From the NCBI GenBank assembly GCA_034927345.1, contig JAYFQE010000023.1, forward strand, positions 80,393 through 144,392: a stretch of 64,000 nt of DNA, written 5' to 3'. The translations under genes were made by a program, and so were the position numbers. The notes beneath the pieces were generated by a model, which did not search any database, was not told where the DNA came from, and saw only the letters and a list, made by a program, of their open reading frames with translations. The stretch comes from Clostridiaceae bacterium. GTDB taxonomy: Bacteria > Bacillota > Clostridia > Saccharofermentanales > UBA5734. Below are positions 49,271 to 59,839 of this stretch, one piece after another; position 1 is the stretch's first letter; each line of letters opens with the position of its first letter.

Positions 49271-50107
49271 ATGTTCAAACGTATCAGTGCTTTATGTCTT
49301 ATCGTTGTCATGCTGATGGCACTAGGACTGGCCGGCTGCCAATCCGGCGCGGGCAACACCACCGCCAGTACGGGCGCCGCCGATAATTCCCTGCAAAAGA
49401 TCAAGGATAAGGGCGAGTTGGTTCTCGGTCTGGATGACGCTTTCCCGCCAATGGGCTTCCGCGACGATAAGAATGAAATTGTCGGATTTGATATCGATCT
49501 GGCCAAAGAAGTCTGCAAACGCATGGGTATAACCCTCAAGCTGCAGCCGGTCGAATGGAGCCAGATTGTCAATGAATTGAACGCCGGACAAATCGACTGC
49601 ATCTGGAACGGCTATTCGATCACGCCGAGCCGTCAGACAGAAACCAATATCACCGATCCTTATATGAAAAATCACCAGGTTGTTGTCGTTCTGGCCGATT
49701 CTTCCTACAAGACGCTGGCTGATCTGGCTGGTAAAACCTTGACATTGCAAGCTGAATCCAGCGCATCCGACGCTCTGGAAAAAGCGGCCGATTTTAAAGC
49801 TTCGCTTAAGGAAGTCGTTGAACTGGACGATAATGTCATGGCTATGCAGGATCTGGATGCCAAGGCTTCCGACGCTATTCTGCTTGATGAAATCGTCGCC
49901 AACTATTATATTAAAAATAAAGACGCCAAGTATCGCATTCTTGACGAAACACTGGCTGATGAGGATTATGGCGTCGGTTTCCGCAAAGCCGATCAGACCT
50001 TGCGCGACGAAGTGGAAAAGACATTGAAAGCCATGGCGGCCGACGGGACGATGGCTAAAATCTCGGAGACTTGGTTTGGCAAAGACATTACGACAATCGG
50101 AAAATAA
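49271..50107 (+). CDS. polar amino acid ABC transporter substrate-binding lipoprotein
   Basis: MFKRISALCLIVVMLMALGLAGCQSG lipobox; SBP_bac_3 fold. Confidence 0.85.
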   Translation: MFKRISALCLIVVMLMALGLAGCQSGAGNTTASTGAADNSLQKIKDKGELVLGLDDAFPPMGFRDDKNEIVGFDIDLAKEVCKRMGITLKLQPVEWSQIVNELNAGQIDCIWNGYSITPSRQTETNITDPYMKNHQVVVVLADSSYKTLADLAGKTLTLQAESSASDALEKAADFKASLKEVVELDDNVMAMQDLDAKASDAILLDEIVANYYIKNKDAKYRILDETLADEDYGVGFRKADQTLRDEVEKTLKAMAADGTMAKISETWFGKDITTIGK

Positions 50108-50189
50108 TCCGTTTCCCAAGTTAAACGGATAAGACATCAATGGGCGGACATAGACTCCGCCCATTTTTACGGAATTGGCGGGGTTTACG

Positions 50190-50831
50190 ATGAACGAAAG
50201 CACGCTTCTCTACATGCTGGATGGTACTTTTACAGCCATAAAGCTGTTTGTCCTGACGATCCTGATATCTCTGCCGCTTGGATTGTTGGTCGCGAAAGGC
50301 AGACTTTCCAAGCGGATCTGGATCAACGGGCCGATTAAAATTTATCTTCTGATCATGCGAGGCACGCCGCTGATCCTGCAGTTGATCTTTTTCATGTATG
50401 CGCCGCCGATGCTCTTTGGCCTGACGATTGATCGTTTTCTTGCCGCTGTTTTGGCCTTTGCGCTCAATTATGCCGCCTATTTTGCTGAAATCTACCGCGG
50501 CGGCATTGAGGCAGTTCCCATCGGCCAGTATGAAGCAGGCAAAGTACTCGGACTGACCGGGACCCAGACTTTTATCCGCATTATCCTGCCCCAGGTGATC
50601 AAGCGGATCCTGCCGGCCTGCGGCAATGAGTTCATGACGCTGGTCAAGGATACGGCGCTGGCCCAGACCATCGGTGTCGCAGAATTGTTCCGTGCCGCGC
50701 AGAACACCTCGTCGCGTCTGGTCTCGATTATCCCGGTGGTCATCGCCGGCGTTTTCTATTTGATTATGAATTCCGTTGTCTCCACCAGTTTTGTTCTGGC
50801 TGAGAAAAAGCTCGATTATTATCGTGGCTGA
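50190..50831 (+). CDS. polar amino acid ABC transporter permease
   Basis: ~213 aa, EAA-loop permease family. Confidence 0.85.
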   Translation: MNESTLLYMLDGTFTAIKLFVLTILISLPLGLLVAKGRLSKRIWINGPIKIYLLIMRGTPLILQLIFFMYAPPMLFGLTIDRFLAAVLAFALNYAAYFAEIYRGGIEAVPIGQYEAGKVLGLTGTQTFIRIILPQVIKRILPACGNEFMTLVKDTALAQTIGVAELFRAAQNTSSRLVSIIPVVIAGVFYLIMNSVVSTSFVLAEKKLDYYRG

Positions 50832-50865
50832 CACGCAAGGAGGCTTGCTTGTGACTACCCCTGAA

Positions 50866-51624
50866 ATGCTGCGGGTAACTGATCTGACAAAAAGTTTCGG
50901 CGATCTGCCGGTCATCCGGCAAATTTCCCTGTCGGTCAGACAAGGCGAAGTTGTCGCCATCATCGGTCCGTCCGGATCCGGGAAATCAACCCTGCTTCGG
51001 TTAATCAACCAACTTGAAACAGCCGACTCCGGTAAAATTGTTATTTGTGGCGAGACCTTATGCCAGAATGATGAAAAAGGCCGGATTCATTATGCCGACG
51101 CATCGGCTATGCATCAGATCCGGCTGCACGTCGGACTGGTTTTCCAGAATTTCAATTTGTTTCCTCATTTTTCGATTTTACGCAATATCACTGAAGCTCC
51201 GGTTCATGTCTTGAAATTGCCGGCCGGCGAAGCTGATCGCAAAGCCCGCCAGCTGTTGGAAAAACTGGGGTTGGCCGATAAGGCCGATGCTTATCCTTAC
51301 CAATTGTCCGGCGGCCAGCAGCAGCGGGCTTCAATCGCCAGGGCGCTGGCGTTGAATCCGGACCTGCTTTTTTTCGATGAGCCGACATCGGCGCTGGATC
51401 CTGAATTGACCGGCGAAGTCCTGAAAGTCATCCGGACATTAGCCGACGAAAAAATGACTATGGTGGTCGTTACGCACGAAATGGCCTTCGCCCGCGAACT
51501 GGCCGACCGGATCATTTTTATGGATCAGGGCGTGATTATTGAAGAAGGTCCGCCGGAAGCTGTTTTTAATTCGGAAAATGAGCGGACGCGGCAATTTCTC
51601 TATCGTTACAATACCGCCTTATAA
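50866..51624 (+). CDS. polar amino acid ABC transporter ATP-binding protein
   Basis: [13 protein letters not shown]..., Walker [24 protein letters not shown]; GTG at 50851 after AAGGAGG is an alternative start. Confidence 0.85.
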   Translation: MLRVTDLTKSFGDLPVIRQISLSVRQGEVVAIIGPSGSGKSTLLRLINQLETADSGKIVICGETLCQNDEKGRIHYADASAMHQIRLHVGLVFQNFNLFPHFSILRNITEAPVHVLKLPAGEADRKARQLLEKLGLADKADAYPYQLSGGQQQRASIARALALNPDLLFFDEPTSALDPELTGEVLKVIRTLADEKMTMVVVTHEMAFARELADRIIFMDQGVIIEEGPPEAVFNSENERTRQFLYRYNTAL

Positions 51625-51632
51625 GAAAAAAA

Positions 51633-51668
51633 CAATTCCGGGGCACCACTCCCGGAATTGTTTCTATT
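51633..51668 (+). terminator. intrinsic terminator of amino acid ABC operon
   Basis: AAAAAAA-CAATTCCGGG-gcaccact-CCCGGAATTG-TTTCTATT. Confidence 0.7.
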
Positions 51669-51810
51669 GGAGGAGAAAAGTATGAAAGAAGGAGGTTAGC
51701 AATTCCTGTCTTGCTATACTTAAACTTTAACAAAAGTCTTTGACTATTTTTATAAATGAATGTGAATAAATGTGAACAGTCTTAAAACAAAAATACGGCA
51801 AAGGAATCGG

Positions 51811-52536
51811 CTAGTGCAGGCAGCCGGTTTCAGGGACCGGTTTTAGCAAGCCGGTACGCCGGCAGATCAGATCGGCCAGCAGCCAGGCGATTCCCGCCAG
51901 CAGCAAACCGCCCAGAATATCGGGTGAGTAATGTTGTTTGGTAAAAACCGTAGACAAACAGATCAGCGTTGTTCCGGTCAGATTGACCAGCCAGAACCAC
52001 CAGCGCCGCGGGCCGGCCAGATACCAGGCGCTGGCCGTTAAAACGGCATAACAGACATGCATGCTGGGGAAGCAATTATAGGGCGAGTCGATTTTATAAA
52101 TCAACAGGACAAGGCTGGTCAGGATATCCTGGCCTTCCAGAACCGGTCGCGGAACATGGGTGGGGAAAACGATGAATATCAGGTTGGCTATTAAGGAGGC
52201 CAGGCATAAAGCCATAACATGGCGATAGATCAGCCGGCCGGATTTTTTCGAAAAAACCATCATCAAGATGCCGGCCGCAACCTGAACATACCAGTAAAAA
52301 TACGGTATGATAAAAAACCGGTTGAAGGGGATCCATGCGTCGATCGAGAATTGCCAGACCTGGAAGAAGCCGCGATGGCCGACAAGAATGTTGGTAATCG
52401 GATATAGGGTCATAAACGGGATGACCAGTATGCTGATAAGAAAACGGCTTTGCCAGGTATCCCGGCGAAATCCGTCTCTCAGTCGATCCAGTCCGAATAT
52501 TCTTTTTTTATGGCAGTTTTTCAACGGCTGTTCCAT
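51811..52536 (-). CDS. PAP2-family phosphatase-like membrane protein
   Basis: PAP2 motifs PSMH (YNCFPSMHV) and KQHYSPD; multiple TM; start likely MEQPLKN. Confidence 0.65.
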   Translation of the reverse strand: MEQPLKNCHKKRIFGLDRLRDGFRRDTWQSRFLISILVIPFMTLYPITNILVGHRGFFQVWQFSIDAWIPFNRFFIIPYFYWYVQVAAGILMMVFSKKSGRLIYRHVMALCLASLIANLIFIVFPTHVPRPVLEGQDILTSLVLLIYKIDSPYNCFPSMHVCYAVLTASAWYLAGPRRWWFWLVNLTGTTLICLSTVFTKQHYSPDILGGLLLAGIAWLLADLICRRTGLLKPVPETGCLH

Positions 52537-53257
52537 TATCCAAATCAGTTTGGCTTCCTGGTTTGGCAATCAGATACCCGCCTTCCGGCGTCACCAATTT
52601 GACGGTAACCCGGCCGTATGTCTTGCCGAAATCATTCGTGTCGATACTCATGATTTCCGCTCTTTTGCGGCAAAACGCTTCGAAGAAATCCACTGTTTCC
52701 TGTTCGGTTACTTTATCCGGAGTCGACAGAATGACATAATTGTTGTTCGTGTGCCAAATGGCAACGGAAGTGTCGGCGTCGACAGCAAACGGAGCGAGCG
52801 TTTCAACCGACTGCAGCAGAGCCTGGCGGTTGGCGTTGCGGGTCATGACGACCGGTACGCCGATGCCGGCGATCACGGCAGCCGATATGATCGAGATCAG
52901 GATAATACGCAGTTTGGTTTTGCGCGATAATTTAATGTCCGGCAATTTAACCGGCGCCTTATGGACATAGACCGGCGGCGGCGCCGGCTTGGCTTTCTTT
53001 TTCGCCGGCTGCTGTTGGATTTGCTTCAGAGCCTGCTGACCGCCGACCGAATGCGGATCGAGGCTGGGTCCCTCATATTTGGGTTGGGGCGTATTGGGAA
53101 AAGTAACGCCGGCCGGGTTTGCCGCAATATCAAAAGCGGCTGCATTTTCAAAAACCGCGTCGCAAAATAAACAATGCCCTTTTTCAGCAGCAGCGTCCAA
53201 TTGGAGGATTGAACCGCAATTGGGGCAGCGACCTTCTTTTATTGCCATAATGACCAT
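52508..53257 (-). CDS. zinc-ribbon membrane protein (N-terminal CxxC..CxxC, single TM, extracytoplasmic domain)
   Basis: CPNCGSILQLDAAAEKGHCLFC; Pro/Lys-rich linker; TM LRIILISIISAAVIAGIGVPVV; ~130-aa C-terminal domain of unknown function. Confidence 0.5.
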   Translation of the reverse strand: MVIMAIKEGRCPNCGSILQLDAAAEKGHCLFCDAVFENAAAFDIAANPAGVTFPNTPQPKYEGPSLDPHSVGGQQALKQIQQQPAKKKAKPAPPPVYVHKAPVKLPDIKLSRKTKLRIILISIISAAVIAGIGVPVVMTRNANRQALLQSVETLAPFAVDADTSVAIWHTNNNYVILSTPDKVTEQETVDFFEAFCRKRAEIMSIDTNDFGKTYGRVTVKLVTPEGGYLIAKPGSQTDLDNGTAVEKLP

Positions 53258-53390
53258 CCTTTATCATCTGTTATCATCTAAGGTTTGATGAATGCTTTAA
53301 TCATCGGTCAGCCATCCGCAGATGTCCGCATTGAAACAACATTATGTTATTATAAGGGTAAACTGATGCTAAAGCAAGGAGGCCTGTGTC

Positions 53391-53816
53391 ATGGAAGCAA
53401 AGCGCTTATTGGTCGTTGACGGACAAGGCGGGGGAATCGGCAAATCAATCATCGAGAAAATCCGGCGGGAACAATTGGCCGGATTTGAATTGATCGCTGT
53501 CGGCACCAATGCCCTGGCTACCGCCGCTATGCTAAAAGCAGGAGCCGATGCCGCCGCCTCCGGCGAGTCCGCCGTGATTTGGAACAGCCGGAAAGCAACT
53601 TGGATCATCGGAGCAATCGGCATCATCGCCGCCGGTTCCATGTACGGTGAACTCAGTCCGGGGATGGCCGAAGCCATTGCCGCTTCCGACGCGATGAAAA
53701 TCCTGATCCCGGTCAACAAGTGCCATCTGCAGATCGCCGGCATAACGGACGAACCCCTGCCGCTGCGTATCGAGCAGGCTGTCGATCTGCTGCGCCGCCA
53801 GCTGGCCGCCGGCTGA
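53391..53816 (+). CDS. small conserved hypothetical protein (DUF3842-like)
   Basis: 141 aa MEAKRLLVVDGQGGGIGKSIIEKIRRE...; Gly-rich loop; family name from memory. Confidence 0.5.
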   Translation: MEAKRLLVVDGQGGGIGKSIIEKIRREQLAGFELIAVGTNALATAAMLKAGADAAASGESAVIWNSRKATWIIGAIGIIAAGSMYGELSPGMAEAIAASDAMKILIPVNKCHLQIAGITDEPLPLRIEQAVDLLRRQLAAG

Positions 53817-53971
53817 CCGGCAGGAATTTTGCCATCAAGCGACAAATCGCCCTCATTTGCCAACATTCTTCCAGATGGTCCGGTCAATCGGTTTACTATA
53901 ATATATTTGATTATATCCTGACCGTTTATCGTTTATAAAGCGGGCGTTCAGGAAAACAGGAGGTTCACAAC

Positions 53972-55267
53972 GTGATTGCGCTCAACCAGATGCCGGCATT
54001 TTTATCATCCCGGGCGGTTCAACAAAGCTTTGGCCAGCTCTATGGCCCGGATTCCGCACAAATCACTCTGCAGCAGAAACGCTGGCTGAAGCTGGCCGAT
54101 CTCTTTGGCCGGCAATTTCCCGGCCACCCCTCCGTTCGCCTCTTCAGCACCTCCGGCCGCACCGAAGTCGGCGGCAATCATACCGACCACCAGCATGGCC
54201 GGGTCTTGTGCGCCGCTGTTGATCTGGATATCATCGCCATAGCTGCGCCCAATCAGGATCAGGTCATCCGTTTGAAATCCGAAGGCTTTCCCGGTATAGA
54301 TATCATCGATCTGGCCAATTTGAATCCGGTCGAGTCGGAACGCGAGCATTCGGCTTCTTTGATTCGCGGTCTGGCCGCCGCGTTCCGGCAGCGCGGATTA
54401 AAAATCGGCGGTTTCGACGCCTATACGACCAGCCGCGTTCCCAAGGGATCCGGCCTCAGTTCATCGGCGGCCTTCGAAATTCTTGTCGCCACCATGCTTG
54501 ATCATCTCTGGTCCGGTTCGCGGGTATCGCCGGTTGATCGGGCTATCATGGCCCAATATGCGGAAAACCAGTATTTTGGCAAGCCTTGCGGTCTGATGGA
54601 CCAGTGCGGCTGTTCGGTCGGCGGTTTTATCGCCATCGATTTTTGCGATCCCGCCAAACCGGCCGTACAGCCGATTCATCTTGATTTCGCTCAATCCGGC
54701 TATGACCTGGTCATTACCGACACCGGCGGCAGCCATGCCGATCTGACCGACGATTATGCCTCCATACCCCGCGATATGAAAAAGGTCGCCGCACTCCTGG
54801 GAAAAACAGTTTTGCGCGAGGTCGACGAAAATATCTTCTGGGCAGAATTGCCCGGGTTGCGGCAAAAGATCGACGACCAGCCGCTCCTGCGCGCGATCCA
54901 TTTCTTCCAGGATAACGGGCGCGTCGCTTTGCAGGCCGAAGCGCTGCAAAAGAACGACATCACAGCTTTTCTCGAGCTGGTCCGGGCGTCCGGCAACAGT
55001 TCGCGCAATCAGCTTCAGAATGTCTATTCGGTTCATTATCCGCAGGAACAGCCTATATCCCTTGGCTTGTCCATCTCTGAACGTATACTGTCCGGCCGCG
55101 GCGCATGCCGTGTCCATGGCGGCGGTTTTGCCGGAACCATCCAGGCTTTTGTGCCGCTGGACCTGACAGAATGCTATCTGGAGGCGATGCGCCGCCAGTT
55201 CGGCGCCGACGCGCCCTGGAAGCTGCGCATCCGGCCGGCCGGTTCCATTGAATTAACCGAAGATTGA
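53972..55267 (+). CDS. galactokinase-family GHMP sugar kinase
   Basis: GalK signature SGRTEVGGNHTDHQHG and GHMP motif PKGSGLSSSAA; GTG start. Confidence 0.8.
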   Translation: MIALNQMPAFLSSRAVQQSFGQLYGPDSAQITLQQKRWLKLADLFGRQFPGHPSVRLFSTSGRTEVGGNHTDHQHGRVLCAAVDLDIIAIAAPNQDQVIRLKSEGFPGIDIIDLANLNPVESEREHSASLIRGLAAAFRQRGLKIGGFDAYTTSRVPKGSGLSSSAAFEILVATMLDHLWSGSRVSPVDRAIMAQYAENQYFGKPCGLMDQCGCSVGGFIAIDFCDPAKPAVQPIHLDFAQSGYDLVITDTGGSHADLTDDYASIPRDMKKVAALLGKTVLREVDENIFWAELPGLRQKIDDQPLLRAIHFFQDNGRVALQAEALQKNDITAFLELVRASGNSSRNQLQNVYSVHYPQEQPISLGLSISERILSGRGACRVHGGGFAGTIQAFVPLDLTECYLEAMRRQFGADAPWKLRIRPAGSIELTED

Positions 55268-55268
55268 T

Positions 55269-55817
55269 ATGACCGGGCGACTTTCTGCCGATCCGAATCA
55301 GCCGCCGGATATCCAACGCCGGCTTTACTGGATGCGGCTGGCCTTGCGGCAAGCCGACAAAGCGCTGCGGCTTGAAGAAGCGCCGATAGGCGCGCTTGTC
55401 GTACAAAACGGCAAAATTATCGGCCGCGGCTATAATCTGCGCGAAACCCGGCAGGATGTTGTGCTGCACGCAGAGATTCTGGCTATCCGCCAGGCCTGCA
55501 GGAAGCTGAAAAGCTGGCGGCTCGACGGCTGCGATCTTTATGTGACGCTGGAACCTTGCGTCATGTGCGCGGGCGCCATCGTTCAGGCCCGGATTCATGC
55601 CGTCTATTACGGCGCAGCCGATCCCAAAGGCGGCGCCTGCGGATCTGTCGCCGATGTTTTTTCATTGCCGCTGAACCATCATGTCGAGGTATCCGGGGGT
55701 TGGCTGGCCGAAGATTGTTCCAGCCTGCTGAGCGGTTTTTTCCGGCAGCGCCGCCGGCTCGACAAAGCGGCCGGTTCTCGGGCTCAGCGGCGCAATCAGG
55801 CTTCCCTGCCCAAGTGA
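55269..55817 (+). CDS. tadA: tRNA-specific adenosine deaminase
   Basis: CDA zinc motifs HAEILAI...PCVMCAGAI; ~25-aa C-terminal tail. Confidence 0.85.
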   Translation: MTGRLSADPNQPPDIQRRLYWMRLALRQADKALRLEEAPIGALVVQNGKIIGRGYNLRETRQDVVLHAEILAIRQACRKLKSWRLDGCDLYVTLEPCVMCAGAIVQARIHAVYYGAADPKGGACGSVADVFSLPLNHHVEVSGGWLAEDCSSLLSGFFRQRRRLDKAAGSRAQRRNQASLPK

Positions 55818-55837
55818 AACTCCGGCCGGCTTGTTTT

Positions 55838-58800
55838 TCAATCCATCGGAAACGCGCGGGCCCGGCCGATATGCCAGATCAGTTTACGATCAACACTTTT
55901 TCCGGCGGCAACTTCGATCGCTTTGGCGTAATATTCCAGCTGCCGGCCATAACGGCGGCGCAGTTCATCTGAACAAGCCTGATCATCGCCGGTCAGCCGA
56001 TCGGACTTATAATCGATCAAGGTAACGCCTTTTTCCTGTTGAAACCAGCAATCGATAATCCCCTGGACCAGCACCCGATCATCCGGAGCCAAGCCCGGAG
56101 CCGCGCCAAACACTTCGCCGGCCGGCAAGGCCAGCGTAAAGGGCATTTCAAAATATGCCTGCCGGTTCCGGTCCGTCAAAGCCGCCGCCAGATCTTCCGC
56201 CAGATCGGAGGCGGCAAAAGCCAGAATCCGGTCCAGATAAGGTTCAATGGTTTCCCGGTCGGCCAGAGCGATCATGCCGCCGGCAGCCATAGCGTTTACT
56301 TGTCGCCTGATCTCGTCGATATGCAGATTTTGACGTGCCGCGGGCAAATCCAGATAACGGAATACGGTGTGCAGCAATGTTCCGAGCTGCGCGCCGGATG
56401 CCAATGGCGTACTGCCGATTGCTTCTGCGGCATCACTGCGGGACATATCGCGCAAGGTCAAGTCAATGCCGCGGGGCAAGGCCGGCGCAGAGCCGGGCGG
56501 AGGGCATTCATCGTAATCCGGCCCGGCCAGTTCTTGTTCCCGGCGTTTTAGTTCGCTGACCGTCAGCTTGATCGGCGTCCGGGCTGCCCGTTCATATCGA
56601 TACGGAAGCGCCAGACGCAGCCGGATCCGATCCAGCTGCCCCTGGTCCGGTTCCTCGTCCGAAAGCAGTTCAGAAGCCGGCAGGGGTTCAGGGAGCCGGT
56701 CCGGCGTCCGGGCAGGTGATTCGTTTTGTTCCCCTGCCAAAGCGGCGTCAGGCGTTGAGCCGGGCGCGGAGCTTTGCCCGATATCGGCCGGCGAACGCAG
56801 GCTGACGGCCCATGAACCGGCAAAATCCAGTAATCCCGGCGGCAGGGCGCAATCGGTGTCAGTCTTTTGCGCGGCGGTCTCTTTGACCGGTCCGTCAGGC
56901 TGTCTGCCCGTTAAAGCCGACAAATCCAGCCCGGGGTTGCGCGCCAGCGCCAGCAAAATCCATTCCAGCATGGAGCGGCAAGACAAGACCAGATAATCCG
57001 GCAGCGTTCTGCCGCCGCATTGCCTGGCCTGATCCAGCACGTTCGCCAGGCGACTGTCCTCCTGACCGGGCGCAACGCTTACCGTACCGACCAGATATAA
57101 ATGATTCATGGCGCGGGTCATTGCCACATATAAAAGGCGCAGTTCCTCGGCCAGGCCGGCGGCTCGTACTTCTTCCAGCATGGCCAGCTTAAGGTGCGTC
57201 GGATAGCGGATTTGGCGTTCCGGATCCACATAATCCATACCGATGCCTAGATTTTCACTGATGAGCAGGTGTTCCCGGCTTTCTCCGGCAGCCAGGCGTC
57301 CGCCGGTTCCGACCAGAAAGACAATCGGAAATTCCAATCCCTTGCTGCCGTGGATCGTCATAATCCGGATTGCCGTCTGGCCAGGATCGGCCTGCGCAAC
57401 CGGCATCTCAAGATTTTCACGCCGCCGGAGGCTTTCCAGATAGCGGGCAAACCGATATAATCCTTGCTGGCGATTCCGCTCGAATTGCTCGGCCCATTGC
57501 TGGAAACGGCGTAAGAGGGCAACCTGTTCTTCACCGTTTTCGCCGGCGGCCAGTTTTTCCAGCCAATGCGTTTCACTAAAAATCAAACCGACCAACTCGC
57601 CCAGGCGCATCGACGGTTCGCGGGCGCGTAATCGCTCCAGCCAGCCAAGCACGGCAGTCAGCTTATACCGCAGTGCCGGATCCGGACCGCTATCCCGATA
57701 AGAAAAAACCGCTTGATGAAAATAATGGGCCGGCGGCTGTTGATTCCGGCCAAATACGCGTATCTGCGCCATTTCATCCAATGTCAGCCCTTCCTCGTAA
57801 AGATCGGCATGCAGTACGGCGGCCAAAGGAATATCCTGGCGCAGATTATCCAGAACATCGATCAGCGCTTCCATCAACCGGATAACCGGCGCGTCGAGGA
57901 AGCGGCTGCCCAGATCGGCCTGGACCGGCAGGCCGCCGGCTTCCAACTGTTCGCGATAGATCTGGGCAATGACCCGGGTCCGGCACAGGATAACCATGTC
58001 GTCACAGACAGAACCGGCCTTGAGCAGGCGCCGGATCTCGCCGAGAACCATTTGGGCTTCCTGCTCGGTTTTGCTCAAATCCTCCAGGGTCTGAACTTCT
58101 TCCGCGCTGTCGCCATCTGATATTTCACCGGCTGTTTCTTCCCCGGCGGCCGCTGTCTGTTCTTGATAACGATTCAACAGCAAAACTTCGACCGGCGCCG
58201 GTACGTCCGGCGGATCTGGCCGATAAGGCGCCAGCGCCTGGTGGCTGTCATAGGTCAGTTCACCGGCGCCGACAGACATCAGTTGGCTAAACAGGTCGTT
58301 GGCTGCAGCCAGAACGCCGGCGACACTGCGGAAATTCCGGTTGAGTTCAAACAGCAGGCCTGACCGCCCATCGCGATATGCATCGGCTTTTTGACGAAAA
58401 ATAGCCGGACGGGCATGACGAAACCGGTAGATACTCTGCTTCATGTCGCCGACCATCAGGCAATTGTCCCGGCTGACCGCCTGGATGATCGCATCCTGGA
58501 TACTGCTGGTATCTTGATATTCGTCGACGTAGATTTCCTTGAATCGGCTGCGGTAATAAAGAGCAGCTTCATCCTGCCGTAAAATCTTCAGCGCCAGATG
58601 CTCAAAATCATTGAAATCAATCATGCCGGCCGCCCGTTTCTGTTCGGCATATTGCTCATCCAGCTCGAGAACACCGTTGATAAGCAGGCGAACCGAAGGC
58701 AGCATCGCTGTAATATCCGTCTCAATTTCCCGGGCCGACCGGCTGAACAGCCAGGTCGCCGGGAAAATAAAACTTTTTTTATATTGAGGCGTTCCGCAGC

Positions 58801-59839
58801 TGCCGGACAGGAAATAGATCACTTCTGCAACCGATTCGCGGAATATCGTCATAAACTCTGTTTTTTCCGGTGTGTCGGCCCGGTTGGCGCGCGGTAAATC
58901 CAGATCCGACAAAGATTCCGCCAGCCGGCGTATTTCATCCCAATCCGCACCCCCGCCGGCCAGATAGGCATCCAGCTGCCGCAGGACATTGAAAATGGCC
59001 TGAAATTGTTCCTTGTAGCGTTGATTGCGGGAAGCGTCTGCGACAAAACGCAGATCGCCAGTCAGCAGATCCTGCAGCTCGGGCAGCCCGGCCAATGCCC
59101 GGTCCAGCCGCAGCCGCAGCTGGCGCAGCAGGGTCAGGCAATGAGGACTGCCGGTGAAATATCCGGCTGCCTGTTCCAGTTCTTTAAGCCGCATTTGGGC
59201 AAATTCCTGATAATCAGGCAGACTGCGCAGAAAGTGATGAAGATGAATCATCAGTTCCCGCACCGGTAGATCGCCGCTGCTGTCGCCATAACCGTCAACC
59301 AAACGATAAAACGCGCGCGTCTCGTCATCGGGCGCAGCATCGCTGTCCGTCTCCGCCCGGTCGATCGCTTCATAACGGCCGTTCAGCCACTCGTCCAGCG
59401 TCTGGCGTAAAAGCAGATCGGATGTGACGCCGTCGTCAACTGTGAATCCCGGTTCGACCAGGGGGCGCCCTTGCTCATCAAGAGCGCAATAGTAAAAATT
59501 GCGGATTACATTGAGACAGAAGGCATGGATGGTTGATATCGCCGCGCCGGGCAGCCAGGATATTTGCCGGCTGATCAGCCGGCGCCGCGCCTGATCCTGC
59601 TCGTTTTCCAGCGCTGTCCGCAGTTTTGCCTCGATCTTGTCGCGCATGCTGCGGGCGGCCGCTTCGGTAAAAGTCACCACGAGAATCTGTTGGATATCCA
59701 GCTTGCCCTCGACAACGCGCCGGACAATCCGGTCAGTCAGAACCGCTGTTTTACCGGATCCGGCCGCCGCGGAAACCAGGATGTTGCGGCAATCCGCCTG
59801 GATGACCGCCGCTTGTTCGGGCGTATGCTGTATGGTCAT
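55838..59839 (-). CDS. addA: ATP-dependent helicase/nuclease subunit A
   Basis: 1333 aa; UvrD-like helicase with Walker A AAAGSGKTAVLTDRI; C-terminal PD-(D/E)xK nuclease GIIDCWFQQEKGVTLIDYKSD. Confidence 0.9.
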   Translation of the reverse strand: MTIQHTPEQAAVIQADCRNILVSAAAGSGKTAVLTDRIVRRVVEGKLDIQQILVVTFTEAAARSMRDKIEAKLRTALENEQDQARRRLISRQISWLPGAAISTIHAFCLNVIRNFYYCALDEQGRPLVEPGFTVDDGVTSDLLLRQTLDEWLNGRYEAIDRAETDSDAAPDDETRAFYRLVDGYGDSSGDLPVRELMIHLHHFLRSLPDYQEFAQMRLKELEQAAGYFTGSPHCLTLLRQLRLRLDRALAGLPELQDLLTGDLRFVADASRNQRYKEQFQAIFNVLRQLDAYLAGGGADWDEIRRLAESLSDLDLPRANRADTPEKTEFMTIFRESVAEVIYFLSGSCGTPQYKKSFIFPATWLFSRSAREIETDITAMLPSVRLLINGVLELDEQYAEQKRAAGMIDFNDFEHLALKILRQDEAALYYRSRFKEIYVDEYQDTSSIQDAIIQAVSRDNCLMVGDMKQSIYRFRHARPAIFRQKADAYRDGRSGLLFELNRNFRSVAGVLAAANDLFSQLMSVGAGELTYDSHQALAPYRPDPPDVPAPVEVLLLNRYQEQTAAAGEETAGEISDGDSAEEVQTLEDLSKTEQEAQMVLGEIRRLLKAGSVCDDMVILCRTRVIAQIYREQLEAGGLPVQADLGSRFLDAPVIRLMEALIDVLDNLRQDIPLAAVLHADLYEEGLTLDEMAQIRVFGRNQQPPAHYFHQAVFSYRDSGPDPALRYKLTAVLGWLERLRAREPSMRLGELVGLIFSETHWLEKLAAGENGEEQVALLRRFQQWAEQFERNRQQGLYRFARYLESLRRRENLEMPVAQADPGQTAIRIMTIHGSKGLEFPIVFLVGTGGRLAAGESREHLLISENLGIGMDYVDPERQIRYPTHLKLAMLEEVRAAGLAEELRLLYVAMTRAMNHLYLVGTVSVAPGQEDSRLANVLDQARQCGGRTLPDYLVLSCRSMLEWILLALARNPGLDLSALTGRQPDGPVKETAAQKTDTDCALPPGLLDFAGSWAVSLRSPADIGQSSAPGSTPDAALAGEQNESPARTPDRLPEPLPASELLSDEEPDQGQLDRIRLRLALPYRYERAARTPIKLTVSELKRREQELAGPDYDECPPPGSAPALPRGIDLTLRDMSRSDAAEAIGSTPLASGAQLGTLLHTVFRYLDLPAARQNLHIDEIRRQVNAMAAGGMIALADRETIEPYLDRILAFAASDLAEDLAAALTDRNRQAYFEMPFTLALPAGEVFGAAPGLAPDDRVLVQGIIDCWFQQEKGVTLIDYKSDRLTGDDQACSDELRRRYGRQLEYYAKAIEVAAGKSVDRKLIWHIGRARAFPMD

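Noticed and set aside
51700-51810. Repeated AATGTGAA motif (aatgaatgtgaataaatgtgaacag) downstream of the ABC operon terminator
   Set aside because: It lies in a convergent 3' region with no downstream gene to regulate. It is a direct rather than inverted repeat, and is probably incidental AT-rich sequence.
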